Under the pieces are notes generated by a model. That model was not told where the DNA came from, did not search any database, and saw only the letters and a program-made list of their open reading frames with translations. The translations under genes were made by a program, and so were the position numbers. This document shows, piece by piece, positions 56,625-64,000 of a DNA stretch of 64,000 bases; the stretch's first letter is position 1, and every line of letters begins with the position of its first letter. Origin of the DNA: Candidatus Hermodarchaeota archaeon (lineage in GTDB: Archaea > Asgardarchaeota > Thorarchaeia > Thorarchaeales > Thorarchaeaceae); the NCBI GenBank assembly GCA_048885865.1, contig JBHLLF010000014.1, positions 1 through 64,000 of the forward strand. Reading direction: 5' to 3'.

Positions 56625-58385
56625 CTAGTGCCTCTTTGCCAGGATTATCACAATGACAAGCACTATGACTGCAACTCCGAAAGCAATCAGTGTTATTTCA
56701 ATGGGGAACAAAGGAGGAGTTTCAGTGTAGGACAAGCGGTAGATTTGACCTGAATGCGTGCATACAAGCTCATTCTTAGCATTCTCAAACACCCCGTCAT
56801 TGTCAATACCTACATTGTTCTCTGCAAGAATATATGAGCTGCCACCAGAAACCGGCCAGACCTGAATGTCATCATTCCTCGGAAGGATTATGCCATCTAG
56901 GACAGTGGAGTAAGCAATGTTGACGGCCACTAGATAGGCATGCTCCACCACATTGGAGTGGACCACCTGCGCCACATTGCTCCCGTCGGGTATCTTGTAG
57001 AGGATGTTTGCCGAACGCTCTAGGAGATAGATATTGCCGTTTCTATCAACTGTGCAATCTCCGTTTGTCACATTGTCAAATGACAGGATCTTCGAATAGT
57101 CATCAGGATTGCTGAGTGGAATCCTCCAGAGATCGAATCGAGTGGGCATTCCTACCCCAGTGAGAAGAATCATCATATCGTTCTTTGAGTCATATGATAG
57201 GGACGCTGGCAGTCCGTCAATGTGCCCAGCAAACCATGTGGAGTATGTGCCATTTGGATAGATGCTGAGGAGAAGTGGCGAGTCATTTACGAGAGATGCA
57301 TAGATGTTTTCATTCTTGTCCAATGCCAAACCGCCACATGGGAAGCCGAGGTCGGCGATGAACTCAGAGACCACGCCGGACTCGACCTGATAGATTGTAT
57401 CATCAACGCCGAAGAGCAACAGTTCACCTGAGGTCTCGATGATTGAACCAGAATTCACCGTGGGTGTGAGCCGTTCTGGTTCTGATGCAACTGGGTCATA
57501 CTTCACAATACAGGCTCCGAACCCCGCCGCGCAGAGCGCACTATCAAACTTCTGCGACCATATGATAGGGCCAATTCCATTTTTGCTCCCCATGATGTTC
57601 TCAAACGCAGTCCCGTTGTATCTCCAGAATCCTTTGTCGACACCTTCCGCAACCATGTAGTAGAGTGCTCCAATAGGGCTGACTGCAATACTAATTCCCT
57701 CTCCTGTTCCCGGGATGGCTATTCCTGAAACAAGTACAGTAGTGGAATTCGTCGTGAGATTCAGCATCGAGATTCGGCCAGGAAATGTCTCTGAGAAATA
57801 GAGAACGTCATTGGTAGGATCAAGTGCTAGCTGTGCACATCCCTGAATACCAGAGCGTACAGTTGAGAGTAACGAACCATCTGAATCAAAATGGTAGATT
57901 GCAGAGTCATTAGCCCAGTGACCCGTGTAGATGGAGTCATCACTGGGATCAACAACAAGGGTGGAGAATGCAGTAGCAGGGGGATACTCCATTATGACCT
58001 GAAAGGACCCGGGACCGGAAGTGTAGAACGCTGAGCCGCCTATGGCTACAATTCGATTGGCATTTGGCTGGAAACCAATTGCATCGAACGAAAGGTTTCC
58101 AGTCGATAGGTAGGTCGAGACACTGCCGTCAAGCTCCAATTCGACTATCTCATGTGCTTCGCGATCAAGAATATACAGGTCATTGGTACTATTCTCGCAT
58201 AGAGAGATTGGGCTGAGTGGTCTTGATTGGTAGATTGTTTCTGAGCTCCATCCCGGCTCTAGGTTCCGACAGGCATCAAGGTACCCTTCCTGACTCAAGA
58301 AGAAAAGACTAGTCGTAGCAAGAGGGGCAAGGACGGCGGGCATTAGAAGAAGAGAAATCATGAAAATAGATCCAACCTTACTCAT
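56625..58385 (-). CDS. Beta-propeller surface protein with C-terminal anchor
   Basis: Signal peptide, NHL/SMP-30-like blades (LALDP..LYFSE, LALD..NIY), PIE-TM-KRH. Confidence 0.8.
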   Translation of the reverse strand: MSKVGSIFMISLLLMPAVLAPLATTSLFFLSQEGYLDACRNLEPGWSSETIYQSRPLSPISLCENSTNDLYILDREAHEIVELELDGSVSTYLSTGNLSFDAIGFQPNANRIVAIGGSAFYTSGPGSFQVIMEYPPATAFSTLVVDPSDDSIYTGHWANDSAIYHFDSDGSLLSTVRSGIQGCAQLALDPTNDVLYFSETFPGRISMLNLTTNSTTVLVSGIAIPGTGEGISIAVSPIGALYYMVAEGVDKGFWRYNGTAFENIMGSKNGIGPIIWSQKFDSALCAAGFGACIVKYDPVASEPERLTPTVNSGSIIETSGELLLFGVDDTIYQVESGVVSEFIADLGFPCGGLALDKNENIYASLVNDSPLLLSIYPNGTYSTWFAGHIDGLPASLSYDSKNDMMILLTGVGMPTRFDLWRIPLSNPDDYSKILSFDNVTNGDCTVDRNGNIYLLERSANILYKIPDGSNVAQVVHSNVVEHAYLVAVNIAYSTVLDGIILPRNDDIQVWPVSGGSSYILAENNVGIDNDGVFENAKNELVCTHSGQIYRLSYTETPPLFPIEITLIAFGVAVIVLVIVIILAKRH

Positions 58386-58514
58386 AGAATCAAACCTCCC
58401 ACGTGTGCTGGCAACGTTGTGACTTGGACTACTTATCACTATTGGCAATGAGAGATGCTTGAATGACTCTCGGTATGAATTCATCATATTCAGAAGGATC
58501 ACTCTGCGGCATAT

Positions 58515-59240
58515 TTAGCGGTGTAGTAGCCCCTGCGCACGCAAAATCGTATCGAGGTATTCGGTAGGTGGAACTTGAATCACATCCCCTCTGTCTGCGT
58601 TGATTATGTAGATCTGGTCAATCTCTGACAGTGCAAGAGAGTCTAGTAGGATTGGAGGTGATTTGTAGTATAAGTCGCACTCGGCCTTTATCCGCCTGAT
58701 TTGATCTATGCCTCGAAGTTCTGGTGGTTTGAGCAGAATTCCTGGAATCTGCAGCACATGATAATTCGGAGTCGCTAGGCCAAAGCGGTGACTGTATCTA
58801 CAGTAGCGGGCAATCTTGGCTGCATTCCTGGTTTCGCGATAGCGTGTGGGATAGAGTGCGGCTTTGGGAGGAACGAAACCAGTCTCCACCTCCACAACAA
58901 GCGCTTCTTTTTCCTCTGGAAGTCCAAGACGCTCAGATATCATTACCTTCTCAATATCGCGCTCCAATTGGGGTTCTCTTTCACGAACCGCAAAAAGGTC
59001 TGCATTAAGTTGACCACCTATGAGAGGGTGCTCGCATTTTACTTCGTAGCCCTGTTCAATGAGGTGTTTTGCACAAATAAGCTGTAGTACACTATGGTTG
59101 ATCTTGACAAGCCGCTTTTTATTCAATTCCACGAGGCGATCCCGGATCTCAGTGAGTTGGTCCATGGTTTCTTCGTCTGAGGTTTGTTGAAGCAGCTCCA
59201 TCAGCTTATTCATGTCACGAGAGAACTTGTTTCTGGACAA
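58515..59240 (-). CDS. Hypothetical protein with possible PD-(D/E)xK-like fold (second anchor gene)
   Basis: EH...ADLFA...VVEVETG, KIARY. Confidence 0.7.
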   Translation of the reverse strand: MSRNKFSRDMNKLMELLQQTSDEETMDQLTEIRDRLVELNKKRLVKINHSVLQLICAKHLIEQGYEVKCEHPLIGGQLNADLFAVREREPQLERDIEKVMISERLGLPEEKEALVVEVETGFVPPKAALYPTRYRETRNAAKIARYCRYSHRFGLATPNYHVLQIPGILLKPPELRGIDQIRRIKAECDLYYKSPPILLDSLALSEIDQIYIINADRGDVIQVPPTEYLDTILRAQGLLHR

Positions 59241-59470
59241 GTAACCACCTGTCGTCTCAATTGTTTTAATGACTATTCTAATTCACATTGAGACTCGTTG
59301 CTTCCTTTTAACATATCTCAAGAAGAGCATCAAAGGGCAAATTGGTTTCTGAGCATCCAATGAATACTAGGTGGAGATTGATGAATGGAGGAAAGAGCCT
59401 ACTATTCTGCTCTATCAAAAAGAGGGGAGAACAGGGTTGGACAACCCTGCTTCGATTACGCAAAATAAGA

Positions 59471-59872
59471 CTAGTTTGGCATTATCACAGAGTCGATCAC
59501 ATGGATTACGCCATTGCTCGTTTCTATGTCAGTCTGCACAACATTCGCGTCATCAACCTTGACACCGTCAGATGTATCAATGGTTATATCGTGCCCTTCA
59601 ACAGTCTTGGCTTTCTTCAGATTTACGACATCCTTCGCCAGGACCTTCCCAGGCACCAAGTGGTAGGACAGAATCTTTACCAGCTGGACTTTGTCCTTGA
59701 GCAATGATTCGACTGTACCCTCGGGTAGCTTTGCGAACGCATCATCAGTTGGAGCGAAGATTGTGTAGGGCCCCGTACTCGTCAGTGTATGAACTAGATC
59801 AGCGGCTTTTGCAGCAGCTAAAAGGGTTTTGAAGCTGCCTGCCTCCATTGCTGTTTCTACGATATTTTTCAT
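59471..59872 (-). CDS. Fasciclin (FAS1) domain protein
   Basis: [28 protein letters not shown]. Confidence 0.95.
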   Translation of the reverse strand: MKNIVETAMEAGSFKTLLAAAKAADLVHTLTSTGPYTIFAPTDDAFAKLPEGTVESLLKDKVQLVKILSYHLVPGKVLAKDVVNLKKAKTVEGHDITIDTSDGVKVDDANVVQTDIETSNGVIHVIDSVIMPN

Positions 59873-60077
59873 TAATTCTTCACCGTAATTAGTGTAGAAA
59901 TTAACAATAGTTAATTCTATATATAGGTTGGGATAGGTGTAATGAGGAAATCACCAAGTCGATTTCGTCGACGAAGTGCATAGGCGAGAACCCTATGCTT
60001 CTATTCTCGGATAGTCTGAGACCAGGCCTGTACTACTTATATCGAAGGTATGTTGATGCTATACTCGGGGCTGATTC

Positions 60078-60617
60078 GTGTCGAGAGTGCTCAAGAAGTT
60101 AGGGCGAAGAGAGCTTCTTGCAATTCTTTGGATAATATTGCTGATTTTAACATGGGTCACCTGGGACTCTACAGAGCCAACATATCATGGTGCATCACAT
60201 ACAACATTGGAGGTGGGCGAGATAAGGGTCGGTTGGTGGAACGCACCAACATCCTCTGATGAAACACTGGTGATCAAGTATGAAACGGAACTTGGGCCAA
60301 TAGACCTCTATGTGGTTTCACAGGATTCCTACAATCGAACAAGTGGGGAACTCCCAATATCGTACTATCTCCATCGTTATGGCAACGGTACAGAATTGCA
60401 GCTGAAAGGCCCATTGCCACTACTCTACAAGGTGATTGTGTCTGAAATCGCCCAAGAAATCAACGAGGAATCTTGGACGTACTCATCAGCTGCGTTGCAG
60501 GCGAAAGCGCTTGCATATCCTATCACGATATTTCTGATTGTGGTCACGGGGGTCAATCTGGGTTGGCTTTGGAAGATGCGGAGCGCCTCACGGAATAAAG
60601 AGCCCGACTTGGTCTAG
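60078..60617 (+). CDS. Hypothetical membrane protein
   Basis: N- and C-terminal TMs. Confidence 0.7.
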   Translation: MSRVLKKLGRRELLAILWIILLILTWVTWDSTEPTYHGASHTTLEVGEIRVGWWNAPTSSDETLVIKYETELGPIDLYVVSQDSYNRTSGELPISYYLHRYGNGTELQLKGPLPLLYKVIVSEIAQEINEESWTYSSAALQAKALAYPITIFLIVVTGVNLGWLWKMRSASRNKEPDLV

Positions 60618-60786
60618 GATGGCTCCTTTTCGCATCCATTGCTCAGCTGTTTCGAAAGTCTTAATATCAAGCAGAATCAAAGTCTAAGGTAACCTAATTG
60701 AATGGGCATCAATTCTTGGTAGCATTGGTCAATGGGGAACGCAAGACATAGACCGCCTTATTCTGAAAATGCTTAGGCTAGAGTAA

Positions 60787-62361
60787 GTGAGGAGGAGAGA
60801 TTTGAAGAAGAACAACATGAAGAGACTAGCGCTTTTTGTTGGAGCATGCATGCTCTCGATGTTATTCACATCGAGCTTCGTGGCACCAGTGAAAGCAGCT
60901 GATATCATCTACGTCGATGCACCAACCGGGAACTATTGGGAGGATCACCCCAATATTGAGAATGCGTTGAATGCGATTGCTCCAGGTGGAACTGTAGTAC
61001 TCGCTGAAGGAACGTATGCGATACATAAAGCTCTCGTGACAGAAGGATTCCATGGGACAATCATCGGTGCTGGGATGGACGTAACGTATATCGAGGCAGT
61101 CAGAGGAGACTCAGGATACTTCGAAAGAACACATATGTCAGCGTATGATGGCTGGTATGGGCCAGGGTCTGAGGATCATTTTACTGCCCTCCTATATTTC
61201 GGAAGTCCGGAGACCAGCTTGGCTGTTTCTGACCTTACACTTGAAGTGAATGAGCCTGATATCGCTGAGGATTCATACACGTACTATCCTGCTTCTGGTG
61301 GAGAACCTGAATTCTACGACTGGTGGGGCACTGGAAATAACATCGCAAGTGGTATTGAGATAGCTACGTTCACTGATTGTGACACTTCGTTTGAGAATGT
61401 CCGGATGAAAGGCTTGTATACACTAATTATGCCCACCGATGATAATCCCTATGGCGGAGCCGATGTTAGTCCCCAAACTGGTCTGGGACTTTGGTGGTCC
61501 AGTGGCGGAACACACCTTGTCAAAGATTGTGTCTTTGAAAGCTTTGGAGCATTCCAGTGTGGACTCTATGGTCTGGACAGTGCGGAATGTGTCTTTGAGT
61601 CGAACACAGTCACAGATGGATTCAGAGGATTTGTGACAGCTTTTTGCGCTGGATTAGACGTAAGGGTGAGGAATAACTACTTCCAAGATATAGATTGTCA
61701 GGTGATCGCTAACTTTTGGCTTGACGGTTCAATGATGAAGGTATCACATAACAAGATGGTTAACGTGGAAGGCGGCTTCTGGTACAACCATAACTGGCGT
61801 GTCACAGAAGGCTCTAGGTATCTGGTCGAACACAATTACATTGAACTGAAACAGTATTGCTGGTCCGGAGGCATAGAGGTGTGGGAATCTACGGATGCCA
61901 AATCCGAGCTCGTGGTGGTCAATAATAGGATCCACAGCATTGATGCGACTGCACCATATGGTCCTATATCGCTAAACGGCGTGGTTGATTCAGTCGTCGC
62001 CTTCAACAAAATCACAGGCCGCGGAGTGGCAGCAATGTACATTGGAGCGGCCTGGAATACTGCCGATGATGTATCCATCATAGGAAACAATGTCCAAAAC
62101 TTCGAAGTCACTGGTGGCTACTGGGACTTGCCAATATATCACCCATGGGCAGAAGACCCCATTGAAGGCGAAGGGCGAATCTGGCTTGGAGAGCTCTCCC
62201 GCAATTGCCTGGTGGTAGGAGGCTGCAATAAGAAGAACGTCGTCAATCAGGGCACAGACAATATAGTTGTGGGTGTCGATCGGATAGGCTGGAGGAAACT
62301 CGGCCAACTAGTTAGTGCGACAATGAAACAGATATGGGATATGAAACGAGCTTTTCGATGA
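60787..62361 (+). CDS. Secreted right-handed parallel beta-helix protein
   Basis: Signal peptide, IENALN...GGTVVLAEGTY, repeated V..N.I units. Confidence 0.8.
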   Translation: MRRRDLKKNNMKRLALFVGACMLSMLFTSSFVAPVKAADIIYVDAPTGNYWEDHPNIENALNAIAPGGTVVLAEGTYAIHKALVTEGFHGTIIGAGMDVTYIEAVRGDSGYFERTHMSAYDGWYGPGSEDHFTALLYFGSPETSLAVSDLTLEVNEPDIAEDSYTYYPASGGEPEFYDWWGTGNNIASGIEIATFTDCDTSFENVRMKGLYTLIMPTDDNPYGGADVSPQTGLGLWWSSGGTHLVKDCVFESFGAFQCGLYGLDSAECVFESNTVTDGFRGFVTAFCAGLDVRVRNNYFQDIDCQVIANFWLDGSMMKVSHNKMVNVEGGFWYNHNWRVTEGSRYLVEHNYIELKQYCWSGGIEVWESTDAKSELVVVNNRIHSIDATAPYGPISLNGVVDSVVAFNKITGRGVAAMYIGAAWNTADDVSIIGNNVQNFEVTGGYWDLPIYHPWAEDPIEGEGRIWLGELSRNCLVVGGCNKKNVVNQGTDNIVVGVDRIGWRKLGQLVSATMKQIWDMKRAFR

Positions 62362-62385
62362 ATACCATACTGTCTAAAGCAGATT

Positions 62386-62417
62386 GAGAGAGGTTTCTCC
62401 TCTCTCATCACTCTTTT
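62386..62417 (+). terminator. Hairpin plus pyrimidine tract
   Basis: GAGAGAGG-tttct-CCTCTCTC then atcactcttttt. Confidence 0.6.
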
Positions 62418-62479
62418 TCGATGATGAAAATTATAGAGAGGACAAGCTCCTTATCTTGACCCGTGACTAATGCGTCACC

Positions 62480-62821
62480 ATGCGAATAGACAGCTACCAA
62501 TTCGGGCGTATCGTGGTCAATGGTAGGGAATACGCCAACGATGTCATCATCTTTCCTGACCATGTCGAGAGTGATTGGTGGAGGAAGAGTGGGCATGAGC
62601 TACGTGTGGAGGACCTCTCCTCTGTTCTTGATTTTAGACCGCGAACGTTGATTGTGGGCACAGGTCACTACGGCAGTATGAAGGTTCTGCCTGAGACCAC
62701 TAGCAGATTAAGTGAGATTGACTGCGAACTAGTTGAGAAAAAGACCAAGGAGGCCTGCGAGGTCTATAATAGGCGCGGGGAGGAGGATGGGATAGTCGCC
62801 TGTCTGCATCTGACATGCTAG
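62480..62821 (+). CDS. Mth938-like domain protein
   Basis: IDSYQFG.IVVNG, IVGTG..G, ACLHLTC. Confidence 0.92.
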   Translation: MRIDSYQFGRIVVNGREYANDVIIFPDHVESDWWRKSGHELRVEDLSSVLDFRPRTLIVGTGHYGSMKVLPETTSRLSEIDCELVEKKTKEACEVYNRRGEEDGIVACLHLTC

Positions 62822-62841
62822 GTCCTTAAACAAGACCGGGA

Positions 62842-63960
62842 TTACCCATCGAGTTTTTCCATCAGTCCAACTTCAACTGTGATTCCAGGACCGAAGGCAG
62901 CGGAGAACACTTTGCCGCTCTTCTTGGAGTCTTTCAGAATATCTTCTAGAACGAACATGATGGTGGCGGAACTCATGTTCCCATACTCCTGCATGATTCT
63001 ATATGAAGCGTCCAAATCCTCCTTCGTCAAACCGAGAGCCTCCTCTGCCTTTTCGAGTATAGCTCTCCCTCCGGGGTGAATTGCCCAAATGTCAATCTCA
63101 TCCTGTTTGATGCCGGAAGACTCGAAAAGCCCATCCATGAGGGGTTTGATGTTTTCTTTGACAATGTCAGGAACATACACAGACAGCTTCATCAAGAACC
63201 CGTGGTCTCCTATTCTCCAAGCCATATCATTCTCAGTGTTGGCTGCAAAGCTCGTTGCGAATTTCTCCAGGGTGTATTTGCTACCCTTGACATCATCCTT
63301 GTGAGCTGAAATCAACGCAGCAGATATGCCATCTGCAAAGATTGCATTTGACACAACAATATCCAGCTCCTCTCTCTGCTGTATATGAACGGAACAGAGT
63401 TCAACATTGACAACCAGCACTCGTGCCTCTGGATCAGCGAGACACAGGTCGCGTGCAAGCTTCATTGCCGGAAACGCTCCCTGACAGCCCATGAAGCCGA
63501 TATTGTATCGATGGATAGTTGGATTTAATTCCAGGTCTCGGACTAGGTAGAAGTCTAGGCCCGGAGCAACAAACCCGGTGCAACTGACAGTTATCACATG
63601 AGTGATCTTCTCTCTATCAAACTCGGGAGTTTCCTCGAGCAGCTGCTTTGCCGCCTGCAGGGTCAATCGCTTGGCTTCTTCGATGTACAAATCATTTCGT
63701 TGTGCTGTTGTTGGCTCTGGCAGCAAAGTTGGGTTCTTTGGATAGAACGTATACTCTGAGGGGTCTTTGTCATAGTCATCAATCACCGTGTGGCGTTTCC
63801 TGATCTGCGTTCCTTTGTAGAGTTTCCTCAATAGGTTTCTCTTCTTCTCGGATTCACCTTCGGTTAGCTTCAAGAGAAAATCCAAGGCGAATTCCTGCGT
63901 ATAGAACTTCTCAGGGACTGTTGTTACAATCTTGTGGAGGTATACGGGTTGAGTTCCCAT
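62842..63960 (-). CDS. Type III polyketide synthase (chalcone synthase family)
   Basis: Catalytic Cys (MGCQG), His (IHPGG), Asn (GNMSS); ELCS, FADG, FGPG. Confidence 0.95.
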   Translation of the reverse strand: MGTQPVYLHKIVTTVPEKFYTQEFALDFLLKLTEGESEKKRNLLRKLYKGTQIRKRHTVIDDYDKDPSEYTFYPKNPTLLPEPTTAQRNDLYIEEAKRLTLQAAKQLLEETPEFDREKITHVITVSCTGFVAPGLDFYLVRDLELNPTIHRYNIGFMGCQGAFPAMKLARDLCLADPEARVLVVNVELCSVHIQQREELDIVVSNAIFADGISAALISAHKDDVKGSKYTLEKFATSFAANTENDMAWRIGDHGFLMKLSVYVPDIVKENIKPLMDGLFESSGIKQDEIDIWAIHPGGRAILEKAEEALGLTKEDLDASYRIMQEYGNMSSATIMFVLEDILKDSKKSGKVFSAAFGPGITVEVGLMEKLDG

Positions 63961-64000
63961 GATTATGGCATCCCCTTCTGGCTAATCGCACTGATAGAAA

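Noticed and set aside
58515-59240. Candidate recombinase for the arrays
   Set aside because: Only a loose nuclease-like motif, no tyrosine, serine or DDE recombinase signature, and it behaves as an anchor gene
47359-62406. GAGAG/CTCTC hairpins at about 47360, 50570 and 62386 as ACAD repeat copies
   Set aside because: No ACAD-derived sequence precedes them; they look like a generic terminator style
1-64000. tRNA, rRNA, IS elements or prophage genes
   Set aside because: None recognised by eye; tRNAscan-SE, Infernal and ISEScan would be needed to exclude them formally

Overview
Archaeal-looking chromosomal window, inferred to be Asgard/Thorarchaeota-like from the gene repertoire (double Lrp/AsnC regulators, LVIVD and SBBP surface proteins) and TATA boxes close to start codons. 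The dominant structure is a gene-cassette array built on a protein-coding anchor, an acyl-CoA dehydrogenase (ACAD, 2133-3374). The last 66 nt of ACAD (IVMAREIFGPDYLPYRQEKQM*), often with a terminator hairpin, recur as about 15 direct copies between 5.2 and 34.5 kb, separating cassettes of one to several genes. The full-length copies differ from the live gene mostly at synonymous sites, share a sharp left border, contain imperfect inverted arms around a 6-bp spacer, and decay with distance. On the other side of ACAD, its promoter and first codons recur twice, separating two more cassettes. A second anchor gene (58515-59240) also has its 3' end duplicated beyond a cassette. No integrase, transposase, tRNA, rRNA or CRISPR array is visible. 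Other content includes class II RNR, an SCP2/flavoprotein operon, two TetR regulators with visible operators, three CPBP proteases, several surface proteins ending in P-I/A-E + TM + basic tail, and a type III polyketide synthase. All calls were made by eye, with no database searches.
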